A stretch of 64,000 bases of DNA from Fidelibacterota bacterium. Lineage in GTDB: Bacteria > Fidelibacterota > Marinisomatia > Marinisomatales > UBA1611. The notes beneath the pieces are model-generated. The model was given only the letters and a program-made list of their open reading frames with translations, made no database searches and was not told where the DNA came from. A program made the position numbers and the translations under genes. This document shows positions 1-8,803 of this stretch, piece by piece. The stretch is from positions 4,281-68,280 of the forward strand of contig JBJKZY010000045.1 in the NCBI GenBank assembly GCA_045568995.1, read 5' to 3'. Position 1 is the stretch's first letter; each line of letters begins with the position of its first letter.

Positions 1-363
1 TGATTGAATTATAGAAACTGAGGAGTTTTTTATTTTTTTATAAATGTTTTTTTCGTATACCCTCTTGTCAATTTGTGCTCTTGGAGACCAAACGGCCCGA
101 CCTTTGCTTTTGTTGAGAGTTTTAAATTGCAAGCCAGATATATCTGCTGTTTCTGCCATTACGCCACCCAAAACATCAATTTCCCTAACAATTTGCCCCT
201 TTGCTAAACCACCAATTGCCGGGTTGCAAGACATTCTTGCTATTGCGTTTTTGTCCATGGTGACAAGGGATACAGATACGCCTAAATAACTAGATATAAG
301 CGCCGCTTCCACCCCAGAATGCCCACCGCCAATAACAACAACATCGTACTTGTTTCTAACCAT
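1..363 (-). CDS. mnmG: tRNA uridine-5-carboxymethylaminomethyl modification enzyme MnmG (GidA), 5' part; runs off the window edge
   Basis: Manual translation from ATG at 363: [21 protein letters not shown]...[15 protein letters not shown]...[14 protein letters not shown]; immediately downstream of mnmE. Not in the ORF track because it is truncated. Confidence 0.95.
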   Translation of the reverse strand, partial: MVRNKYDVVVIGGGHSGVEAALISSYLGVSVSLVTMDKNAIARMSCNPAIGGLAKGQIVREIDVLGGVMAETADISGLQFKTLNKSKGRAVWSPRAQIDKRVYEKNIYKKIKNSSVSIIQS

Positions 364-366
364 TGG

Positions 367-1686
367 TCATTTTCCCACACAAAAAGTTGAAAAAACATTG
401 TCAAGTATATCGTTAGTTGTTGTTTTTCCTGTAAATAGGTCAATGTTTGATATTGCCCTCTTAATCTCTTGTGCTGGGAGCTCTATCTGTTGGTTGTCTT
501 TAGTAAAAAGTTTAATAGAGTTTGATAGGCACGATGAAACTTTAACCATGGCCTCTTTTTGCCTAATGGTTGTTAATAGAGGTTCAGCCGCGTTAACTCT
601 AAGACCACTTATTTTTTTTTCAATTTGTTGTACTAGGTGCCCTACCCCCATTCCCTTAGTGGCGGAAATTGAAATAACTTTTTTATTGTCTCCTTCATAA
701 GGTGCTACGTCGGTCTTGTTGTACACGTATATTTTTTCTTTAACCTCTTTAATATCAACAGCTTGTAATTTTTTACAAAAAAGAGAAACAACAAGGTCTG
801 CTGTTTTAATCTCTTTAAAAGACCTTTTAATTCCTTCCTTTTCTATGTGGTTTTTTGTGGTATGAATTCCAGCGGTGTCTACAAGCGTAACAGGAATTCC
901 TTTTAATATGGTTTCTGTGGAAACCAGGTCACGTGTCGTTCCTGGTGTTTTGCTTGTGATGCTTTTCTCTATTCCCAATATTTTATTTACCAAGGTGGAT
1001 TTTCCAACGTTTGGTTTTCCTACAAACGCGACCTTAACACCATTTGAAAGAGCGGAGCCACGTTCAAAGGTCTTTATCATGGATATGGTATTTTTTAAAC
1101 AGGTTTTTAAATTGGTTCTAATGTGGTTTGTTGTGGTTTTGTTTAAAAATGGGTCTTCAGAAACATCTAGTTCGTATTCTATGTGAGATAAAACCGAAAT
1201 CAAACCCTTCTTTATTTGTTCTATTCTTTCTGTTGCGCCACCACTTAGGTTTTTTGTTTGCTGTTTTACAGCTTCAAGGGACCTGGCGTTAATTAATAAA
1301 GAAACGGACTCTGCTTGCAACAGGTTTAATTTTCCATTAAGAAAAGCTCTTTTTGTGTATTCTCCGGGTTCTGCGATTCTTGCTCCGAATCTAATGGTCT
1401 CTGTAATTATAGCCTCACAAACATGAAGGTTTCCATGGCAAGATATTTCAACTATGTCTTCTCCTGTGTAAGATCGAGGAGATATAAAGGCTGTGAAAAT
1501 TGCTTCATCAATTAATTTCTTTTTTATATAAACTGGACGAAGTTCTGCTTTTTGATGTTTTAAGGCTACATCCGTGCTGGAAATTTTTGCAACTATATTA
1601 GTGGCTTTAGGACCACTAAGTCGAATAATTGCTATCGCTGAAAAACCCGATGGCGTTGACTGGGATACAATAGTCGCAACCGACAC
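367..1686 (-). CDS. mnmE: tRNA modification GTPase MnmE (TrmE)
   Basis: SYTGEDIVEISCHG, GKPNVGKST, PGTTRD, DTAG, NKTD and C-terminal FCVGK motifs. Confidence 0.97.
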   Translation of the reverse strand: MSVATIVSQSTPSGFSAIAIIRLSGPKATNIVAKISSTDVALKHQKAELRPVYIKKKLIDEAIFTAFISPRSYTGEDIVEISCHGNLHVCEAIITETIRFGARIAEPGEYTKRAFLNGKLNLLQAESVSLLINARSLEAVKQQTKNLSGGATERIEQIKKGLISVLSHIEYELDVSEDPFLNKTTTNHIRTNLKTCLKNTISMIKTFERGSALSNGVKVAFVGKPNVGKSTLVNKILGIEKSITSKTPGTTRDLVSTETILKGIPVTLVDTAGIHTTKNHIEKEGIKRSFKEIKTADLVVSLFCKKLQAVDIKEVKEKIYVYNKTDVAPYEGDNKKVISISATKGMGVGHLVQQIEKKISGLRVNAAEPLLTTIRQKEAMVKVSSCLSNSIKLFTKDNQQIELPAQEIKRAISNIDLFTGKTTTNDILDNVFSTFCVGK

Positions 1687-1696
1687 AAAAGCACCT

Positions 1697-3349
1697 TTAC
1701 GTTTTAGGTTTGTTGGGAATTAGCTTCTGTTGGGCTATTGTAAGAACGTTGAACAGGGTATAGTATAGATTTAGCCCAGAAGGGAAGTTGTTGAAAATTA
1801 GAAAGAAAAAAACCATCATAAAGTTTTGCATCATTTTTTGTTGGGGTTGTTGAATGCCGCCACTCATCATTTTTTGTTGAGCATAGGTTGAAAGAGCCAT
1901 CAAGATAGGTAAAAAGGCTATGTGGTCTCCATATAAAGGTATAGTAAAAGGAAGGTTTACTATTACGTCGGGAGAAGAAAGGTCTTTTATCCACCATATA
2001 AAAGGTTCGTTTCTTAGTTCAATTGTTGTTCTAAAAACCTGAAAAAGTGCAAAAAGCAAGGGCATTTGTAGGAGCATTGGTAAGCAGCCACCCAAAGGGT
2101 TTACACCTTTTTTCTTGTAGAGCTGCATTGTTGCCTGGTTTAGTTTTTGAGGGTTGTTTTTAAATTTATCCCGCAGCTTACTTACTTCAGGTTGTATCTC
2201 TTGCATTGCAGAAGTTGATTGGTAGCTTTTTCTTGTTAAGGGGAAAACCAAAATTTTAACCAAAAGTGAAAAAACAATTAAAACTACTCCGTAGTTGGGT
2301 ATGTATTCATGCATTCTTTTTAAGGAGTAGAGCACGCCTTTTGAAATTGGTCGAATAAAAGACCAGCCGAAATCCATAATTTCATCTAGGTCTACATTTA
2401 GAGATTTAATTTTTTCATATTCAAGGGGGCCAAGATAAAGCGTGAATGAAGATTCTTGAAAAGAATCAAAAACAAAAGATAAATCATATTTTTCTTGGTT
2501 TGTGGATTTTCCAGATACCTCAGCAAACCTTATTGCTTCTGGGGCCTTGGGAATTAAAGCAGATACAAAATACTTTGTTCTAATAGCACCCCAATCAGTA
2601 GATCCGTTAAGTTTTTTGGTTTTGTTTTGGCTATCTTTAACCTTTAAATCCTCAACCTCTTTTCCTTGATAAACAGCAACTTTAAAATAAGTTTTGTCAT
2701 CGACAGAATCTTTTTCTGTGGTTGCTAACCCTCCGTTCCATGAGAAGCGGACGTCTCTGTAAATCAGGTCTTTAATATCTGAAAAATCTAATTTGATTTC
2801 AACGGTGTAATTATCAGGAGAAAAGAAAAGAGTCTTTTTTATAAACTTGTTTTTAAAAACCTCTAGTTTGTATTCTAAGGATTGCTCCAGTTGTAAGTTT
2901 GTTCGGCTTGGCTCTTTAGTCAGGTTCCAGTTTCCACTAAGCGATACCGGGTCTCCGTTTAAATCTTGAATCTCTATTTCTAAGTTGCTATCATTATTTC
3001 GAGATATTATGTTTACTTCTTGGCTGTCTGGTGATAAAAAGTCTTTTAATAAAAAACCCAGAACAGACCCTCCATTAACGGAAGAAATTTTGGCTATATA
3101 TAGCGCTGTTTCTATGTTGGTTATCTTGTTTTTGTTTTTGTTGTTCGTGGGTTTAGTTTCGGTTTTTTTCACAGGTGGATAGTCCTGTGTGCTTGTGAAG
3201 CTTAGGGTGTCTGGCTTTCTTTCTTGTTGCGTGTCATCGAGCATATCTTGATTGGCGGCTGGTTGAGGTGCAAAGGTTTCCATGTATTTAGGTGTGAAGA
3301 GTAAAACGATGGCGATCAAGAAGAAGGCAAGTAGGGTGTTTCTGTCCAT
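1697..3349 (-). CDS. yidC: Membrane protein insertase YidC
   Basis: N-terminal TM, periplasmic domain, YLGP, DFGW, NYG, GVNPLGGCLPMLLQMP, WIKDLS, PSGLNLYY; conserved synteny. Confidence 0.97.
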   Translation of the reverse strand: MDRNTLLAFFLIAIVLLFTPKYMETFAPQPAANQDMLDDTQQERKPDTLSFTSTQDYPPVKKTETKPTNNKNKNKITNIETALYIAKISSVNGGSVLGFLLKDFLSPDSQEVNIISRNNDSNLEIEIQDLNGDPVSLSGNWNLTKEPSRTNLQLEQSLEYKLEVFKNKFIKKTLFFSPDNYTVEIKLDFSDIKDLIYRDVRFSWNGGLATTEKDSVDDKTYFKVAVYQGKEVEDLKVKDSQNKTKKLNGSTDWGAIRTKYFVSALIPKAPEAIRFAEVSGKSTNQEKYDLSFVFDSFQESSFTLYLGPLEYEKIKSLNVDLDEIMDFGWSFIRPISKGVLYSLKRMHEYIPNYGVVLIVFSLLVKILVFPLTRKSYQSTSAMQEIQPEVSKLRDKFKNNPQKLNQATMQLYKKKGVNPLGGCLPMLLQMPLLFALFQVFRTTIELRNEPFIWWIKDLSSPDVIVNLPFTIPLYGDHIAFLPILMALSTYAQQKMMSGGIQQPQQKMMQNFMMVFFFLIFNNFPSGLNLYYTLFNVLTIAQQKLIPNKPKT

Positions 3350-3350
3350 A

Positions 3351-3575
3351 TTATATTACTGGGTCGTGGCCACCCTTACAGAGGGGGTTGCACCTAGCAA
3401 TCCTTTTTAGGGTAAGAAAAAGGCCCTTTGCGAGTCCTTTTTTTTCTAATGCGTCAATAGCGTAACTGGAACACGTAGGGTGAAAGCGACAGTTGTTTCC
3501 CAAAAGAGGAGAAACGACAACTTGATAACCTTTTATAATGTATGATAGCGATGTAACAGCCGCGCGATTGAACAA
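3351..3575 (-). CDS. yidD: Membrane protein insertion efficiency factor YidD
   Basis: YQ..SP...[10 protein letters not shown]...RIARCNP...GGHDPV. Confidence 0.95.
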   Translation of the reverse strand: MFNRAAVTSLSYIIKGYQVVVSPLLGNNCRFHPTCSSYAIDALEKKGLAKGLFLTLKRIARCNPLCKGGHDPVI

Positions 3576-3601
3576 ATTAAATACTTTCTTTTTTTAGGAG
3601 G

Positions 3602-3736
3602 TTATAATGCGAGTCTTTTTCGGCCTTTTTTTCGACGTCTTTTCAATACGTTGCGACCACCGGTCGAACCCATGCGCTTTCTAAACCCGTGTTTGTTTCT
3701 GCGTTTTCTTCTACTTGGTTGGTATGTTCTTTTCAT
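3602..3736 (-). CDS. rpmH: 50S ribosomal protein L34
   Basis: Manual translation (44 aa, below the ORF-track cutoff): [44 protein letters not shown]. Confidence 0.97.
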   Translation of the reverse strand: MKRTYQPSRRKRRNKHGFRKRMGSTGGRNVLKRRRKKGRKRLAL

Positions 3737-3892
3737 TTTTAAACTATTTGTTACCTAAAATTACTAAAGAGATTTGATCAGCACAAAAAAAATCCACACA
3801 AAAACATTTTATTTTTACATATAAAAATAGAAAAACATAAAAAAAAACTGTAATTTTTAAGGTGAATATACATGTGGATAACTTGTGGATAA
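3737..3892. promoter_or_regulatory. Candidate oriC / dnaA autoregulatory region with DnaA boxes
   Basis: Two perfect TGTGGATAA boxes at 3873-3881 and 3884-3892, degenerate boxes at 3790-3798 (AAATCCACA) and 3861-3869 (GGTGAATAT), a very AT-rich tract at about 3800-3860, located between rpmH and dnaA. Confidence 0.75.
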
Positions 3893-5243
3893 TATAAAAA
3901 AAGACGTTTCTTCTGCCTGGGGTCAGGTTCATCTTTATTTAGAAAAAAAACTTCCTGGGCACGCAATTCATGCTTGGTTTGAACCAATTGTGCCTACTGG
4001 TTTTCGAAATAATTCTTTCGTTTTAGAGGTTCCTAACCAGTTTTTTCTTGAGTGGATAGAGTCTCATTACAAAGACGACATTATTATGGCGATTGAAAAG
4101 ACATATAGTAAAAACATTGAGTATAAACTTTTGGTTACAAAGGAAAAAAGGAAGAAAGCGGACAGTGGGATCTCCAAACCTTCTTTTGTTGAAGCTAAAC
4201 CAAAAAGGTTCAACAACCTAAATCTTAAGTATACTTTTGAAAACTTTATTGTTGGCAGCAACAATGAATTCGCTAAAACGGCATCTGAATCAGTTTCAAA
4301 TCACCCTGGTGAACAAAACTTTAACCCTCTTATTATTTATGGAGGTGTAGGTTTAGGAAAAACACATTTGATGCACGCCATAGGAAACCTTGCATTAAAA
4401 AAGAATAAGGACTTAAATATTGTAAATATTACCAGTGAACAGTTTACTCTAGACTTTGTTAACAGTCTTAGAAAAAACAAAACTATTGAGTTTGCTCAAA
4501 ACTACCGTTCCGCAGATATTTTATTAATAGATGACATTCAGTTTTTTCGAGGAAAAGAGCAAACTCAAGAACAGTTTTTTCATACATTTAATGTTTTACA
4601 TCAAAGTGGTAAACAAATTGTTTTAACGGCAGATAAGTTTCCAGGAGAAATGAAAGGATTACAAAGCAGGTTGCTTTCTAGGTTTCAATCAGGGCTTTCG
4701 GTTGATGTTCAGCCTCCAAACTTCGAAGTTAGAGTTGCAATCCTTTTAGAAAAAGCGGATCAAAATGGACTTTCTTTAGATTACTCAACTATTGAATTTA
4801 TTGCCAGGCATATAAAAAACAACGTTAGAGAACTTGAAGGTACGATTATTCGTTTATTAGCGAAGTCATCCCTTCTTAATGTTGAAATCAACAATCGTTT
4901 GGTTACAGAAGTGGTTAAAGAAAGGGTGGGGGGAAGAATTGGAAATGAGGTTTCTATTGAAAATATTGTAAAAAAGGTTTCCGAAATTTCCCATGTAAAA
5001 GAGGTTGATATTGTAGGAAAAAGTAGAAAAATGGAGATTGCTGAGGCTAGACAGATATCCATGTATCTTTGTCGAGATATGATGGGAACCTCTCTTAATA
5101 ACATCGGGATGTTTTTTGGAGGTCGGGATCATACTACAGTGATGCATGCGCTAAAAACAATAAATGTAAAAAAATCAAATGATGTTCGCATGAAAAAAAT
5201 GATCACTTCCATAAGGAAAGAACTAGGGTTTTCTTTCTTATAG
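3885..5243 (+). CDS. dnaA: Chromosomal replication initiator DnaA
   Basis: YTFENF, NPLIIYGGVGLGKTHL, LLIDDIQF, QEQFFHTFN, NVRELEG, GGRDHTTVMHA. Confidence 0.98.
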   Translation: MDNIKKDVSSAWGQVHLYLEKKLPGHAIHAWFEPIVPTGFRNNSFVLEVPNQFFLEWIESHYKDDIIMAIEKTYSKNIEYKLLVTKEKRKKADSGISKPSFVEAKPKRFNNLNLKYTFENFIVGSNNEFAKTASESVSNHPGEQNFNPLIIYGGVGLGKTHLMHAIGNLALKKNKDLNIVNITSEQFTLDFVNSLRKNKTIEFAQNYRSADILLIDDIQFFRGKEQTQEQFFHTFNVLHQSGKQIVLTADKFPGEMKGLQSRLLSRFQSGLSVDVQPPNFEVRVAILLEKADQNGLSLDYSTIEFIARHIKNNVRELEGTIIRLLAKSSLLNVEINNRLVTEVVKERVGGRIGNEVSIENIVKKVSEISHVKEVDIVGKSRKMEIAEARQISMYLCRDMMGTSLNNIGMFFGGRDHTTVMHALKTINVKKSNDVRMKKMITSIRKELGFSFL

Positions 5244-5334
5244 AAAGGATGAAAAAAACCTATTACTTTATAATGATTGTTTTTTAAAAAAAATTATCGG
5301 TAAAAATAGAAATAAAAAATTAAAGGAGTTGTAA

Positions 5335-5739
5335 ATGCAAAAAAGTAGCGTTAATAAGGTAATTATTGTAGGAAACTTGGGACAAGACCCCGAAGCGAGG
5401 TTTACTCCCCAAGGAACCGCCGTTACAAACCTTAGTATTGCCACGAATGAATCTTGGAAGAATCAAGAAGGTCAAATACAAGACAGAACCGAATGGCACA
5501 GGGCTGTTCTTTACGGAAAAATGGCCGAAACAGCAAGTCAATATATGAAAAAAGGTTCTATGGTGTATGTTGAAGGTCGACTTAGAACAAAAGAATGGGA
5601 AGACCAAAACCAGAACAAACGGAAGACCACAGAAATAATGTGCGACAATTTTACCATGCTTGGTCGCAGGGGAGATAGTGCGCCAAGTTCAACCAATGAG
5701 TCGAGCACTTCAACAGAAGATGATGACTTACCGTTTTAA
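5335..5739 (+). CDS. ssb: Single-stranded DNA-binding protein
   Basis: VNKVIIVGNLGQDPE, TEWHR, VYVEGRL, acidic tail DDDLPF; AAGGAG RBS. Confidence 0.97.
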   Translation: MQKSSVNKVIIVGNLGQDPEARFTPQGTAVTNLSIATNESWKNQEGQIQDRTEWHRAVLYGKMAETASQYMKKGSMVYVEGRLRTKEWEDQNQNKRKTTEIMCDNFTMLGRRGDSAPSSTNESSTSTEDDDLPF

Positions 5740-5772
5740 AAAGTAGCCTTTAATAACGTTATTTTTTTCAAT

Positions 5773-6507
5773 ATGAAAAAAACGTTTGGCCCAGAATATT
5801 TATCTCAACTAACGCCAAGAAGCTTTACGGTAAGATATCTTTTAACTTATGTCTCTTTTTTTTTGTGTTCAACGGTTGCAAGAACAAAAGTTAATGGGCG
5901 CAGGAACCTTCCTTTAAAAGGACCATTTGTCGTTGCCAGTAACCATTTTAGTAATTATGATCCCCCTTTCTTTACCTATGGAATTCAAAAACCTGTTAAC
6001 TTTATAGCTGCAAGCGACCAAGAGGTTGAGTGGTGGTTAATATGGGCTCCGTTTTTATATGGCTGGATCCCTGTTGATAGAAAAAAACTAGCACCATCTA
6101 CTATTAAAAGGGCTTTGGAGGTTTTAAAAAAAAATGAGATATTAGGAATTTTTCCAGATGGAGGAGTTAATGAAACAATTCTTGGAAACCCTAAAAATGG
6201 AACAGTTTATTTATCAACAGTTGGAAAAGCACCGATAATTCCGATGGCTATTTATGGAGCAGAAAACGCCATTGAAAACGTTTTAAGGGGTGTTAGGCCT
6301 AGGGTGACAGTCAATATAGGAAAACCGTTTGGACCTTTTGAAATAAAAGGATCCAAAGATAAAAAAGACAAAGCTTTACAAAAAATTGGAAATGATATGA
6401 TGATAAGAATTGCTTCTTTGCTACCGGAGGACCGACAAGGTTCATATTTTAAGAATGACAAAATCAAAAAATATCAATCGGAAAATGGGTTTATACCAAA
6501 CCCGTAA
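5773..6507 (+). CDS. plsC: 1-acyl-sn-glycerol-3-phosphate acyltransferase (PlsC family)
   Basis: NHFSNYD (HX4D), IPVDR, IFPDG (usually FPEG), APIIP. Confidence 0.8.
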   Translation: MKKTFGPEYLSQLTPRSFTVRYLLTYVSFFLCSTVARTKVNGRRNLPLKGPFVVASNHFSNYDPPFFTYGIQKPVNFIAASDQEVEWWLIWAPFLYGWIPVDRKKLAPSTIKRALEVLKKNEILGIFPDGGVNETILGNPKNGTVYLSTVGKAPIIPMAIYGAENAIENVLRGVRPRVTVNIGKPFGPFEIKGSKDKKDKALQKIGNDMMIRIASLLPEDRQGSYFKNDKIKKYQSENGFIPNP

Positions 6508-6513
6508 ACAATT

Positions 6514-7389
6514 TTAACAAGGAGGTTTGGTCTTGTTTTTTTTCGAGTAGTTAAGAATAAAACATATTCCAATTAAAACGAAAGGTGCCCCTACAAAATA
6601 ATCTGCGGGGATTTTTTCCCTAAGTAAAACCCACCCCATTAAAGATGCTATAATTGGCTCCCCAAGGGGAATCGATGCTATGGCTGTAGGTGATAAAAAC
6701 TTCAACGCATAATTTAGGGAGTTATGCCCTAAAATTGATGGAACAAAACCCAAAAACAATAACCAACCCAGGTCTTCTATTTCAAAAGATAAGAGGGATA
6801 CCTTTGCGAAAAGGCAAACAAAAGCAATGGTTATAGCTGCAAAAAAAAACAAACTCCGGCTGTATGTTATTGTGTCGTTTTTTCTTCTAATATTTTTAGC
6901 TACCATATATACTATCGCGATACAAAACCCACTCAAAAGAGAAACCATGTTTCCCATAAAATTGCTTGAACTAATGTCCATTTCAGATCTTTGAATTAAT
7001 AAAACCCCTAATAGTGAAATTAAAAGTGAATAAAAAACTTTTTTAGAAATTGTTCTGTATACTATAAATGTTAAACCGACTGTAAATAGGGGACCTGTGT
7101 TTCCTAATAATGTAGCATTTGCTATAGAGGTGTTTCGTACACCCCAGAAAAAACATGCAAAGTGTAAACCTAAAAAAAACCCGGCAATAGCGACTTGATT
7201 GACGTCTTTTTTATATAATGGTTTTGTTTTTTTGAAACAACTATAACTCCAAAGCATAGCGCTAGCTATAAGCATTCTCCAAAATGCCATTGTAAGAGCA
7301 GGAATAGAAGGAAGGGCTTTTACTACTATGGATGTAGAGCTTACGGAAACTAGAGCGATGATTAATATAAGGTATAAACGAATAGGCAC
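6514..7389 (-). CDS. EamA/DMT family transporter
   Basis: About 10 hydrophobic segments, AFWR, TSIANATLL..TGP, LGEPI motifs. Confidence 0.85.
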   Translation of the reverse strand: MPIRLYLILIIALVSVSSTSIVVKALPSIPALTMAFWRMLIASAMLWSYSCFKKTKPLYKKDVNQVAIAGFFLGLHFACFFWGVRNTSIANATLLGNTGPLFTVGLTFIVYRTISKKVFYSLLISLLGVLLIQRSEMDISSSNFMGNMVSLLSGFCIAIVYMVAKNIRRKNDTITYSRSLFFFAAITIAFVCLFAKVSLLSFEIEDLGWLLFLGFVPSILGHNSLNYALKFLSPTAIASIPLGEPIIASLMGWVLLREKIPADYFVGAPFVLIGICFILNYSKKNKTKPPC

Positions 7390-7390
7390 C

Positions 7391-8794
7391 TTAGGTAGTA
7401 AACTTACTTAAAACATATGAAATGCATGCTGTTAGTTTTTTTGCATATGGGATGTGTAGAAATTCATTCGGGCCATGAGCATTTGATCCCGGCCCAAGAA
7501 CTCCAGTAATCACAAACTGTGCCTTCGGGAACTGATTACCCAACATAGCCATGAAGGGAATAGTTCCGCCTTCTCCAATATAGCAAGAGGGTTTTTTAAA
7601 AAACGCTAAGGATCCTTCATTAGTTGCTTTTTCAAGCCAGGGAGAGGTTTTTGGTGCACTCCAACCAGATGCTGGTTCGTCAAAATCCAGACTTATTTTT
7701 GAATTGTATGGTGGTTTTCTTATTAGTGTTTTTTCTATCGCCTTTTGTGCTTTTTTTTGATCAACAAAAGGTGGTATTCGAATAGAAAGTTGTAGCTCTG
7801 TATATGGCCTTAAAACGTTACCTGCGTTTCTTGACAGGGGAAGACCACCTCCTCCAACAACGGAAAGAGCAGGCCTCCATGTTCTTCTTAACACCCCTTC
7901 TACATCATTGCTTGTCGAAGGCTTCGTTTTTGAAACCCATGGAAATTCTTTCCTTAGTTCTTTTCCGATTATTTGTACATATTTTTTGGTCTCTTGTTTT
8001 CTAAAGCTAGGAATCTTCACCTTTAGTTCATTTAAAAGAATTTCGCCAGTTTCTTGGTTTTCTATTCTTGATAGAAGTTGTCTTGCAACTCGAAAAGAGG
8101 ATGGAACATAACCGCTTGCCCCACCGGAGTGTACACCTTCTTTTAGAACATCAACCCTCAACTTTAAACCAATTAACCCTCGCAAAGATGTTGTTGTCCA
8201 CATTCTTTTATAGTCACCAGCTCCAGAGTCTAGACAGACAACAAGATCCGGGGTACCTATTTTTTTTTTGCAAAGGCTCATGTAGTGTGGCAGGTCTGGA
8301 GATCCGCTTTCTTCGCTGAACTCAATTAAAATTAAAATTCGAGGTAGGGATACGTTTTGTTCTTGCATTGCTTTAATTGAACATATGGATGCAAAAAGAG
8401 CATAACCGTCATCTGCCCCACCTCGGCCATAGAGCTTCTTGTTTTTTATAACAGGCTTCCATGGTCCCATTCCTTTATTCCATCCATTCATTTCTGGTTG
8501 TTTGTCAAGGTGTCCATACATTAACACGTTTCCCGCTTTTTGGCCAGGCACATCAATAAGTATTAAAGGGGTTTTCCCTTCGCTTTCTTTAACTGTTAAA
8601 GAAGCATCGGAAGGTAAATGTTTTTTAGCCCAAGTTGTTGCGAGCCTTAATACTTTATCCATATGACCATTCTTTTTCCAATCCGGGTCAAAAGAAGGAG
8701 ACTTGTTTGGAATTTTAATATATTCTGTTAGAGTTGGCACTATATTTAAGTCCCAAAACTTGTTAATGTTTTTTTCTAAAATTTTATTATCCAT
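7391..8794 (-). CDS. M20 family metallopeptidase (dipeptidase/ArgE-DapE-like)
   Basis: YGHLDKQP, LYGRGGADDG, EESGS, NAHGPNE. Confidence 0.9.
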   Translation of the reverse strand: MDNKILEKNINKFWDLNIVPTLTEYIKIPNKSPSFDPDWKKNGHMDKVLRLATTWAKKHLPSDASLTVKESEGKTPLILIDVPGQKAGNVLMYGHLDKQPEMNGWNKGMGPWKPVIKNKKLYGRGGADDGYALFASICSIKAMQEQNVSLPRILILIEFSEESGSPDLPHYMSLCKKKIGTPDLVVCLDSGAGDYKRMWTTTSLRGLIGLKLRVDVLKEGVHSGGASGYVPSSFRVARQLLSRIENQETGEILLNELKVKIPSFRKQETKKYVQIIGKELRKEFPWVSKTKPSTSNDVEGVLRRTWRPALSVVGGGGLPLSRNAGNVLRPYTELQLSIRIPPFVDQKKAQKAIEKTLIRKPPYNSKISLDFDEPASGWSAPKTSPWLEKATNEGSLAFFKKPSCYIGEGGTIPFMAMLGNQFPKAQFVITGVLGPGSNAHGPNEFLHIPYAKKLTACISYVLSKFTT

Positions 8795-8803
8795 GTGTTT
8801 CTC

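Noticed and set aside
44-1186. Plus-strand ORFs 44-289, 350-700 and 875-1186, and similar short antisense or alternate-frame ORFs throughout (e.g. 20246-20671, 47234-47626, 63758-63964)
   Set aside because: They are shadows of well-supported genes on the opposite strand or in another frame, with no motifs of their own.
3744-3987. Short minus-strand ORFs upstream of rpmH considered as a displaced rnpA
   Set aside because: No RNR motif or basic RnpA character; they are low-complexity translations of the AT-rich origin region and overlap dnaA.
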